A DNA stretch of 59,352 nucleotides from Macrostomum lignano (taxonomy: Eukaryota). The stretch's first letter is position 1; the number at the start of each line of letters is the position of its first letter. The notes under the pieces are model-generated. The model saw only the letters and a list, made by a program, of their open reading frames with translations, searched no databases and was not told the origin of the DNA. The position numbers were made by a program, and so were the translations under genes. The stretch covers positions 364,351 to 423,702 of the forward strand of contig NIVC01000868.1 in the NCBI GenBank assembly GCA_002269645.1, given 5' to 3'. Positions 1 to 10,962 of the stretch are shown here, piece by piece.

Positions 1-188
1 CCATCCCCGTGTACTCTGCAGTTGCGGATGCAGTTCGGCCATTCGCTGCAGTCGCGTCATGCGCGTCTGACTTATTTTTATAGCGTGTAATTCCTGCCTG
101 CGTTTACTTGCTGGCCTTTATATTAATATCTGCTCCTGCATTGCCCGACTTCATGGATTCGACCCCATCTCTCCCGTTGGCTCGCTTG

Positions 189-202
189 GTTTCTATGGCA
201 AC
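189..202. promoter_or_regulatory. X-box (RFX-binding)-like motif
   Basis: GTTTCTATGGCAAC fits the 14-bp RFX consensus GTYNYY-AT-RRNAAC. Target gene unknown, possibly left of the window. Confidence 0.3.
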
Positions 203-1602
203 TTGAGCTGAAACCTGCCACCGCGTCTGCATGCTTCACTGTTTTTAGCTCTGATTAATGTGTTTTTAGTCCGACTGAGCTGCAGCCTCACCGCAGTCAT
301 TCAGGCTGCAGAAGCCCAATGACCGAGTCCGTTTTCAACTGGATGTTGAACTGAATAAACTGCGCTCCCTAAACTGAGCGTCCCTCTTGTCCTCGGTGGG
401 TTGCCGTTGCAGCCCGTCCGATTAATTGCTATTTTTGTCCCGCCATTCTCGCTACTTTTATTCAATCCAAGCGTAGAGTCACAGATACTAGAATAACTAG
501 ATGAGCCACTCAGGCACATATACTTAGTAAAACAGCTTGTTACTTTCAGCTCAGTAGCAAAGAAGAATACATAAGCTATATTTTTATAAAATAAAGGCAG
601 CTGAAATGACTTTGATAAATTGTCCAAGCTTGCAGGCGTAAACAACTTGCTCTAATTGGTTCAGAAGTAATGTACATTAGCCAGTCCACTGAAATGTACA
701 TGTCCGCTTTAGCCTGGAATTCCGATAAGGGCAATAAAAATTGGGGTGCGCGGGGGGGGTAGGGTAGAAAGGCGCGGTTGGAGGGGGTTTCAGCTGAGGG
801 TAAGAGGCAATAAATGAGCCTTGGCTTGAAAAATACATAAAAATGCATCTGTTTAACTTGCTACTGAACCGAAAGTAGCTTACACGCAAATGTGCTGAGT
901 GGCCTATTTAGTAATTCTAGTATCTGTGCGTAGAGGTTATATAAGCGACAGTTTCTACTGGCAGTAGTCTGAATATAGTTGCATTGCGAGATTTAAAAAA
1001 AGTACATCAGATAACCAACTAATGGTTTGAGCAGGTACTTGGAGAAGGACCCGTCTCTTCTAGTAGGGGTTTCTAAACTAATTCTGCTGCTACTAAACTG
1101 GACCGCAACAGAGTTCGAGAATTTTATTGAGATCACGACACAGGTCATAGGAAAATTCCTGCTTAAATATTTGATTAAGAAATATAGGCTGATCAAGCAA
1201 CCATAAACTGCATGTCTTGGTGAATTTAATAAGCAGCATTACATGCGAGACCTACGATTTGAAATTTCGAAAAAAGGATCAAGAATGTATCAAAACGTCT
1301 TAGGAACACATTAATAATTTTATTTAATAAAAGACATTACAGATTAGCATTACGAAATGGCTGTCCCAGCACTCAGTGGGGATACTTGCGGCAAATTCGT
1401 TTATCCGTTGTGTTGCAAATCCGAGTATCGTCAAAGTAGTGCGTGGCGCTCTGCAGGAAGCTTTCCAGTTCCCGCTGCTCTGTGGGCAGCAAGCCTGCGG
1501 GATTCGGTTGTGGGCTGCATGGCAACTTGACGGCGTCGGAGCACTCATTGCTGGGTTGCAACAGTGAGAACCAATTTCTGTAACAGCTAGAAGCATGCCG
1601 TC

Positions 1603-2085
1603 TCCATCACATGTCTCACTGACTGCTAGCCCTCTACTCCACCATTTCCATCACGTCTCACTGGCTGCTAGCCCTCAGCTCCACCATTTCCATCACGTCT
1701 CACTGGCTGCTAGCCCTCCACTCCATTTCCATCACGTCTCACTGGCTGCTAGCCCTCCACTCCATTTCCATCACGTCTCACTGACTGCTAGCCCTCTACT
1801 CCACCATTTCCATCACGTCTCACTGGCTGCTAGCCCTCCACTCCACCATTTCCATCACGTCTCACTGGCTGCTAGCCCTCCACTCACCATTTCCATCACG
1901 TCTCACTGGCTGCTAGCCCTCCACTCCATTTCCAGCACGTCTCACTGGCTGCTAGCCCTCCACTCCATTTCCATCACGTCTCACTGGCTGCTAGGCCTCA
2001 GCTCCACCATCTCCATCACATGTCTCACTGGCTGCTAGCCCTCCACTCCATCATTTCCATCACGTCTCACTGGCTGCTAGCCCTC
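1603..2085. repeat. Minisatellite, ~36-39 bp unit (CCATTTCCATCACGTCTCACTGGCTGCTAGCCCTCCACTC), ~12 copies
   Basis: Direct tandem repetition; explains the repetitive ORF 1595-2038. Confidence 0.95.
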
Positions 2086-2122
2086 TTCGCCATCTCCGCG
2101 AGCTCGCTCAGCTATCCAAGCC

Positions 2123-2977
2123 CTACTTTACCCGCAAGGCTGCCTGCAACTCACCAGTGTTGGCTCGCGAAGCCTCGGTGACGGGCTGCCGCAGGATGTT
2201 GATGAGGTCCTCGCCGTGCTGGTACTTCACCTGGGGCGGCACGATGGTCGCGTCCGCCTCTCCGGCGTGTTCTGCACCGGCGGCTGGGTCGGCGCGCTGC
2301 CGAGTCGTCCGGTTGCCCACGCGGCTGAGGATGAGGTCAGAGGTCGGCTTGAGGCAGTGCGAGGCGCAAAGGCCCCAGCTGGTCTGCACCAGGGCGATGC
2401 GGGCCTCCAGCAGGTGGAGGTACTGCAGGATGTTTCGCAACGCGGTGCGGCAGCAGATTCCGGTTTGCTGATAGTTGCACTGCTGACAGATTGACAGTTC
2501 CTTTTCACTGCAGGGGTGCATCGGAATCACCTCTAATGAGCTGTCGCAGCTGGAGCTCTTCCAGTTGGCCTCATTAGCGAAGATCACCGCGAAGTGGTCC
2601 AAAAGGCCGTAGTGCTCCAGAAAGGTGTGCAGAAAGGCCACATTGGTGTTGGAGATGATCACCTGGACCACGCGCTCGCGGTACATCTCCCGCACCGCGT
2701 CAACCATGAGGCGGTGCAGCGGCAGCGACCGGATGAGGCTCTCCACGGCCCAGCGGCCGATGCGGTACTCCTGCAGCGTGGACATCACGTGAGTCATGTA
2801 GGTTGGGCCGCTCCAGCCGAGGTTCTTCTGCGAGGCGTTCAGCGCGTGTCGTCGTTCGGAGGGCAGCAGCCCCGCTACAGCGTCGTCGATGTTGCCCATC
2901 ACGATTGTGTCGTTGACGTCCCACACCACCAGACGGGGCGACCGCCAGGGGTCCTTGTTGAGGACGGCGTGCGCCAT
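2123..2977 (-). CDS. PHOSPHO1/PHOSPHO2-like HAD-fold protein (284 aa, single coding exon), catalytic motifs degenerate
   Basis: LVVWDVNDTI (cf. FDFDETI), IISNTN (cf. LISDAN), a CxxC..CC cap motif and a C-terminal YQHGEDLINIL (cf. W.SGEDI). ATG at 2977 is preceded by an acceptor-like ..AATAATCCAG; GC3-rich codons. Confidence 0.75.
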   Translation of the reverse strand: MAHAVLNKDPWRSPRLVVWDVNDTIVMGNIDDAVAGLLPSERRHALNASQKNLGWSGPTYMTHVMSTLQEYRIGRWAVESLIRSLPLHRLMVDAVREMYRERVVQVIISNTNVAFLHTFLEHYGLLDHFAVIFANEANWKSSSCDSSLEVIPMHPCSEKELSICQQCNYQQTGICCRTALRNILQYLHLLEARIALVQTSWGLCASHCLKPTSDLILSRVGNRTTRQRADPAAGAEHAGEADATIVPPQVKYQHGEDLINILRQPVTEASRANTGELQAALRVK

Positions 2978-3592
2978 GGCTGCTGACTGGATTATTGAAC
3001 AATTTTGCAATGCTTCGCTCGGTTGTAAACTATGAGCTGAGGTGAATTCGCTAAGCAATGGTGCTATATATTTGACTGGCTCTGGCCATAGACTACTAGG
3101 GGGTGCTTTGCCAGCTCGAATCTTCACAACGTCGAAGAGCGAACTATTTCACAAGGTCGAAATTTCGCAACATCGAGAACTCTTTAGTCATCAAGATTTT
3201 TTTTGCGAGAAAACAGAATGTCATGTATTTGTCCGACCTAAATTTTCGGAGCACGTGCTCCTATCACTAAGAATGTACTCAAAGTTTACTTGTAACCGCA
3301 TGATGAGCACTTGTGACTCTAAGAATATTCACTTGAGCAGCTGCTCATTTTTTTCGCACATCGATCGCCTAAAGCTGAAGAAATTCTGCAGAAAATTTTG
3401 GCTCAAAAGTTTTTAATTACAATAAGGCTCTGGACTTAAATTAAGCACAATTGACATTGACTCAACGACTCAACGGCTTTGGCACTTAACGCACCGCTTC
3501 GCACAGTCAATACAGCCGTCTCAGTGCGAGTTCTCAGCTTTTGTGTAGCATCTTCTGCCCTCTTCTCTCTCATCTCATTCTCAGTGCCCCCG

Positions 3593-3606
3593 GTTGCCAT
3601 AGTGGC
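3593..3606. promoter_or_regulatory. X-box-like motif between divergent genes
   Basis: GTTGCCATAGTGGC: one perfect GTTGCC half-site, other half imperfect. Confidence 0.25.
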
Positions 3607-3860
3607 CGTACAGACCCATCACTACTGAAAGCCTGCTATTTATAGAGGCCTGCACTCGCACCTGTACAGTGAGAGCACTGTGAGCACAAGGCGGCCATTT
3701 CATACTCGGGCGGGCACTTTGCGCTCAACCCCAAGCTGCCTTTTGGGTGGATAAAATTGCAACGCAGCTCAGTCTGCCTCAAAGCCTACAACCAACTGTA
3801 CAGTGAGCAAAGCTTTTTCTTTGCTGATTTGCTCCATTCGGAGATCGCAGCAGCAGTGCA

Positions 3861-6800
3861 ATGGCCAGCTCCCGCAGCGGGGACAGCATCGATAGTCGTC
3901 GAAGCAGCGGCTCTCGTGACGTCGACCGGCGAATGTCCGAGGCTCGTCTGAAGATGCTGCAAGAGGTTCGCGGCGCTTTTAGACTCTGAATCAAACAGAT
4001 ATTTGTACGGACTGGCAGTGGGAGACAGCGGGAGAAGTAACACAATACTCTGTCATTGCGACTTAACACGGGAACTGCCATCACAGGGGTGCCTCAGCGC
4101 TAGGGCGCACCGCTGACCGAATCCGGAGCCCTGCATGGCCAGTAGGCAGTCGAAAAAGTGTTAATAAGTCGTTTCTGTTCTTGCTACTGGCTGGGGGGGG
4201 CTGCAGGGTCAGCAGCAGCGCCTCGTGCACTTTGAAACAAAACAACTGAATAATTTGAGATGGCGTCCATTCTTTCACTTAAAAGTTGTATTCGCTTCTT
4301 CCAGAAGCTGGCCTCGGAGAAGCAGAAGGCCGCCAGAAATAAGTACCGCGAGGTGGCAGGCCGAGACCCGGACGGCGGCCAAATCGGCGACCTGGATGCC
4401 GAGATCCAGCTGGCCAGACTGCGCCACACCGACCTGCGCAACCAGATGGAGAGGGAGCGGCAGCTGGCCGAGAAGCTGGCCGACAGGCCGAGAAATTCGA
4501 GCGTCGGGCATGCGACCCGGCGATCGCAGAGTCCGCGGGAGCGTCGCGGCGGTGAGCCTGTCGGGTGTCAAAATTTCAATTTTTCAAGATGCTGCAACGG
4601 TCTTCATCAATTTACATCTCAACTGTACAGATTTGCTTATCAATTATGCGTTTCTATTCTGCATGCAATTATTGATTAGCTGTGCAGGCGTCAAGCTTTC
4701 CCCTGTTTCACCTGTGCCTCTGCCTTCTTTAAATCGTGTCCGAGCGCAGGCAAAGAGCTGTCAGGAATTTGCCACGCTGACCTCTCGATTACCATTTTAT
4801 ATTGTCCGCCATCGCCTCCGCCACCGCAGATCGCTTCTCGGAGATGATGGAGATGATGATGATGCAGAACTCGCAAGTGCACAATATGATACTCAACCAG
4901 ATGCTGATGAAGCAGACGCTGGGAGATTCTCCCTCCTACAGAGCAGCTCCGAGCCCGCCGCAGCCGGCGCAGCCGATGCCGATCTACATCCCCATGCCGA
5001 TGTTCCCGCCGTACCCGCCGCCGCAGCAGCAGCCGCAGCAGATGTGAGTCTAAACTGGTTTTAAGTTTATAATTTTATAATCTACACTGATTTGCTGCCT
5101 CTTTGCAGAGTTGAGTACCGGTCTAAGCCTGGAACTCCAGCGGCAGCTGCTAAGGCAGAAGAGGGTAGGTGCAAACTGCTCCTAGTTTGTCAGTAGCCAC
5201 AGCAATCTGGTTTTCTGATGCTGGTTAAAACGTGCCGAGCATTTCCGCTCCGTCGCTCCCATTTCAGCCAAAGCGGTGAAAAAGAGCAGCGGGCCGTACC
5301 CGTTTCCAGGAAATGGTAGGTTTTTGTTAAGCTAGCGAATTGGCATACTTGCACAGCAGTGTCTCACCGCCGTCTCCATCACTCTCAACCCTACAGACAA
5401 CCAGCAGAAGCTGAGGTGGCTCGCCTACGCAGCATTCTTCGTTGCAACACTCGACAGGTGGACGAGAGAGGTGAGCAAATGCGATCAAACTGATGATGGA
5501 TTGTGAAATTTGAACTGATCCTACAGGTTGGAGGCTAAAAGTGCAGCTTCTACGACAGTCTTTTGCTTATTTCTCCGTCCTCTCCTCCGCAGAACAAATT
5601 TCGGCCGACGAACGATTTTCTGTTCGACCTGAAGCTGAAGGAAATCCTGGAGACGCTGCACAGAATCTACAAGGCTCCAGATGGCCAGTTGTACAACATC
5701 ACCATCTCCACCGTCATGGGCGCCGAGGCTGCTGAGCTCACCGAGCTGCTCAACTCGCCAAAGACGCTCAGCATCGAGGACGAGCGCTCGCTCACCACGG
5801 AGCTGTCCTACTGCATCGAGAATACGGTCTTCCAGATCACAGACATAATGGTACGGTTCTACCCCTGCACTTGAATTCCTCGCTCCCCGAGGCCTCTCTT
5901 TCTGGCTACGTAAAAGGATAGATAAATTTCTTCGAAGGGCTAGACAGGGAGTCGCAGGCGTGGGCACTTAGCAACTTTAAAACACAGAAGCCACTGTGCT
6001 CGCATCCCCATGTGCTCAGACTCTATGCCCATTCTCACCCTGTTGTATCCCGAGACGGATCAACCGGCTTCCCACTGCCTGGCAACCCAACAGTCTCACT
6101 GTCAGATGGAGTTGACAGTCAGCAACCGCGGAGGCCCTGGCGACAGAATTCTTAATTTAGACCCAAAGAAACTCAAGGACAAAGACGCACTTGCGCGGTC
6201 CTTACAGCTTTGCGCTGCTTCGGTGCTAACCGACCAGTTTTCGCTCGCCCGGTCGATTGTGTTCAACTTGAGTCGATCTATTTCGTACAGTTAGTTTGAA
6301 TTATTAAATATCGATCCATGTTCAAGTGACTGGTGCCTCCTAACCAGACATGATCCGGGGCAGGGATCGCAGACAAGAGCCGGGGCAGGGATCGCAGACA
6401 TGACCCGGGGCAGGGAACGCAGACATGATCCGGGGCAGGGAACGCAGACAAGAGCCGGGGCAGGGAACGCAGACATGATCCGGGGCAGGGAACGCAGACA
6501 AGAGCCGGGGCAGGGAACGCAGACATGATCCTGGGCAGCGAATGCAGACATGATCCGGGGCAGGGAACGCAGACATGATCCGGGGCAGGGAACGCAGACA
6601 TGATCCGGGGCAGGGAACGCAGACATGATCCTGGGCAGGGAACGCAGACATGATCCGGGGCAGGGAACGCAGACATGATCCTGGGCAGCGAATGCAGACA
6701 TGATCCGGGGAAGGTGCAGAGCTTCAACGCAAACAGGGGGCTGGTAGGTAAGGTACGCATACAGAAGGGCATACAGAACTTAAATATTTTAGAACTTATG

Positions 6801-7986
6801 GAGAAAAGGCGCTTTTCTCAAATCGTTATATTTATGATTAATTTACAGCAATCCTGTCAACTTTCCTTTTTATAAGTTTTATTGGCCTTAGCTTGTACGC
6901 ACACTTCACACTAATATTGAGTGCCGCATTCATTCTGAAAGCAAACATTGAACTCGCCGCAATATTTGTATTTCTGTAATAAATACGTAATGTATACACA
7001 TCCGCAGCCATCCAGCGGTATTCTTGGCACCCACCGGAAGTCCGGCATCTTCGAGATGATGCGCACGGGCAATCTGTATCCAAGGGGTACTTCTACGACA
7101 TGGAAAGGGTAAGTCTTGATATCGAGGGTAGCTTGCATAGCAGAAGTGGGAATTCACGCACCTGCTGTTTCACAACACGCTTCAATGCCCTCCACAGAAA
7201 ATGCTCGACTTCGACGAAGATGGCCGGACGTCCAAAATTTCAGACGCTGACGGCCAGATGCTCATCATCGGCATGTTCCTCACGCGGGCTCTCGTGGAGA
7301 CTGTGAGCACACCGCTTTCTCTGATCAGAGCTTATTAGCTAATAAGTTTGACGCAGGCTACATAATGTTATGTCAGTAGTGTGTGTGATCAGCAAGTCAA
7401 GGTGCTTAACCCCTGGCCACCCACTCCCGCAGCTGTACCTGAAGACGGAGCACTACGGCATGGTGGATGAAACCTCACCAAAGGCGGAGCGAAACACCCG
7501 CCTGGTCGCCAGCATCCTCATGTACATCTACCGGCGGCTGGTCGGCCAGCTCAGCACCATTGACCGGGGCGGCAACATGAGCAAAGCTCCACTGCCCGTG
7601 AGTCCACCCCACTCCCACCTGACTTAATTCATGCGTTTTGTCCTTATCTGGCAGATGCTTTCGCAATTAGGCTCCACTAACGCTTGTGATTCGAGCTGCT
7701 TGAAGTTTCCTTTCTCGAGACGTTTTTCGGTGATAACCTCGTAATTACCTCGATACTAATTACCTCCGACAAGCACCATGCGAACGATTTTGCTCTCATA
7801 AATTATACGAAAAAAATCACTTTTTGCCCCCAGGAACTGCCACCGGAGATGCGAGAGGTGCTCTATTCCGATGCGGAGATAAAGCCTGTGCTCAAGCTCA
7901 TTAAAAAGAGCCTGGACTACGCTGAGCAGCTGCTGATGCAGTGGTCGCAAGAGTACATGAGCCGACTCAGAGAGGCAGCCTTCTAG
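3861..7986 (+). CDS. Multi-exon gene, DUF4587/C21orf58-like (coiled coil + MMEMMMMQNSQVHNMILNQMLM motif + helical C-terminus). Exons ~3861-3965, 4305-4551, 4830-5043, 5109-5164, 5268-5315, 5397-5470, 5593-5850, ~6106-?, 7008-7108, 7198-7302, 7433-7597, 7834-7986
   Basis: GT-AG junctions with matching phases for exons 1-7 and 10-12. The DUF4587-like signature was recognised from memory. Exon 8 boundaries are uncertain and there is an apparent 1-nt frame break near 7083. Confidence 0.7.
6345..6711. repeat. Intronic minisatellite, 25 bp unit (GATCCGGGGCAGGGAACGCAGACAT), ~15 copies
   Basis: Direct tandem repetition with variants. Confidence 0.95.
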
Positions 7987-8849
7987 TGCAGTGTAGTGCT
8001 GACGATAGACATCTAAAACAGATGCATCGAATAATGCGTAATTCGATTCTGCTCACTCAAAGACTGTTAATTCGTAATACTTGTATTGCTGCTTAAGAAA
8101 ATATTCGACAAGCCTGTTTGAGATATTAGAATAAATAAATGACAATAGTCTCACCGTACTAGCGTAACTGATCGCCATACTGCCGTCGAATTCAGCTGCC
8201 ATAGGCCATCGTTTGTTCGTAAAAAAGTAAGTTCGAGTACAAGCACATAACAGTTATATGTAATAATTACATGATAGTTAATGTGTATCGTTTTCTCTGA
8301 TACGTTTCCTCTGCATGTGTACCACGGACAAGTTAAGTTAAGCTCCGTTAATTGTTCCTGATGCATATGAACATGTATTGTGCATAGAGGCAGGGCGGTC
8401 TGGTCTTATAACGTTTTATAAGGACCTGCCGCGTTCGCCTTTCGCGGGACTTAAGGACCTTCAGTAAACTGCATGCGCTTGTTCCGTGCATGAGGTCTTG
8501 TAGTCTGTTTCCTCTCTAGAGCATTCTTTATAACTACATTGTACACGTCAGTTGCTCTCTCCGGCCGCCATGCTCCACAATGACGAGACATTAGGACGAA
8601 TTTAATCTGTATATACGTACGAGTATACTTGCATGCAGTTAGAGTTATATTATACGTGTCTTACATGTACTTCTTTGGTATTTAATTAAATGTACATGAA
8701 ACATGCAGAAGTTTATAAACTTTAAACTGTAAGGTCTTAAATACAGTACACATGCAGTTACTTAAGTTTTCCATAGCCTGAGAGGTGTGAGAGATCTGAA
8801 ACCTCTGACGCCTTTAACAATTGTGAACCTTTAGGCTTTTCACGAAGAT

Positions 8850-9185
8850 CGGTTCCAGAACCAGAATAGTTCCGATTCCAGAATCAGAATTGGTAGGAAA
8901 AATGAAAAGCGTCAAAATTTTCTATTCAATTTCCTATATACTAAAAATGAAAGATAAAAACAATTTTATCTAAAATCGCGAAATTTTATTTCAAATTTGT
9001 TTTTTTGTTTCATAGAATATGCGACAACGGCCATCGAGAAAATTTCTCGAACCGCGGAATTCCAGAATCGGATCACGGTTCTGGAACCGATTCTGAAAAC
9101 GGAACGGACAATTTGAAAAGCTTCGAACCGATTTTGGTTCTGGAACAAGGGCCATATATACAGTGGTCCTTGTTCTGGAATCGGT
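8850..9185. repeat. Imperfect inverted-repeat (foldback/MITE-like) segment
   Basis: Three TTCCAGAA motifs (8854, 8876, 9061) followed by three reverse-complement TTCTGGAA motifs (9080, 9138, 9173) with matching context. No TSD identified. Confidence 0.35.
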
Positions 9186-10962
9186 AATATGAAAAGCCTA
9201 CTTGACAGCATGTGGTTGCTTCAAGCTGATATGAAATCGTACAAGTCGGTTAAAGCCAACATCAAACTTATTTTCATGCTTTTTCCATTCATGCTATGAA
9301 TAAGCTTACATGTGATGTAATCTAAATTTGATAAGCATTTGTTTGAATAAACAGTCTGCTTTTTAAATTGAATGCTTTCTATGAAACCGATTCTGTTAAT
9401 AATCAGTTTGTACAGCAAGCAAGCGAGCGAGTTGGAGCAAGTCAAGGACGAGCGACCCTTCAGCAGCCATAGACAGAGGCCTTGTATTCTTGTCTCTGGC
9501 TCTGCTATATCTTGTTATGGTACATCGCAATCGCATGTGCTCAAATGTGGCTAAGATCATTGGCTTAGGCTTAGTGACTTAGTCGAATAAATGCCAGATC
9601 TAAGGCTAATTACCTAATCAATACCTAATCAAGAGTATCAAATATGTAGTTGCTGGCTAGTTAAATTTATAGGTCCTCTAAATTAAAGCTACGCAGTTGC
9701 AGTGCAACTTCATTTAAAATCAGCTCTGTTTGCAATACCTTACTTAATAATAAATTTGAAAATTCTATGATGGGACCTTAGTTTAAGTTTTGCACTTCAA
9801 ACATAATGTATTCTGGATTTTAGAATAAAAAGAATTGTTTTTGGCAACAACTAAACCTGTACTTTAGTTTGAGTATAAATTTGACGCCTCCACGAAAAAA
9901 AATTTTGAGAATAAAAAACTTTCAAATTATAAAAATTTAAAAGCATAGGCCATAGGTAGCAATCAATTTTTATTGTTTCAATATATTTATAAAATTATAA
10001 TTTTAATCCATATGGCTACTCTAACAAAAAACAATCTAGCTTGTAATCAAGTAGGTATCTTATTATATTCAAATTGACCTATTTTCAAATCTTTATGCAA
10101 GTGTTTAAAAGTATTTCCATATACTAAAATGGTCTGTTGGTAGGTATGATCAATTAGAGAAAAAATGGCCTAACTGATTTTCTTTGAACTTGCACCATTA
10201 GAAGTATATTGACCCATTTTCAAATCTTCATGCAAGTGCTTAAAGGCATTAAATATCTTGACTTAAATATATACTATCTATAGGCATAATCACAAAAAGG
10301 GCAAATATGTACTAGACTAGTGGTTTTTCAGGTTGGCTGATTATATATCAAAATATGGGGTATAGTTTGGTATAATTTTCCTGTGGCTCAGTATCTAATA
10401 GGCCTATACCATGAATATATTCTAAACTAAGCAATACATTTTAAAATGATATGAATCTATAATCTATGATCCTTTGTTAATATTTTTATTTCTCAAAAAT
10501 GTATTATTGTCTATTACTTAGATTAAACAAGACTTATGTAAGGAAAATGTTTACTTGAATTTTAATTAGCATCACTTCTTACATAATTGTTATTATTAAT
10601 TAGATTTTATTAAACTTCTATAAAAATGAGTTTCTAAATTCAGAGTAAGTAGAGCCTATTTAAGGCCAAAACCCCACTTTCCTAGACAAAAATGATGCAC
10701 TCCTTATGATTGTCTTCTATTATTATAGTATGTTTTTACAACAATTAAAGTAATGCTATGTTATAAAAACTGTGCATATAGAAATTAACAAAGTATATTG
10801 ACCAATTAATAAACATAAATGTATCGATTGCCATTGCATTTAGCAAAAACTGCCATTAAGCACTCAACTCCTTCATGCCAAGCAGGCTTAGCACTGAATT
10901 GCGCAGTATTTCTTGTCTGCATGTCTTCAATCTGCATTGACATCACTGACTGACCTCAGGCC

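Noticed and set aside
150-170. GGATTCGACCCC and similar T-loop-like words (also TTCGAATCC at ~39862)
   Set aside because: No cloverleaf or A-box context; not tRNAs.
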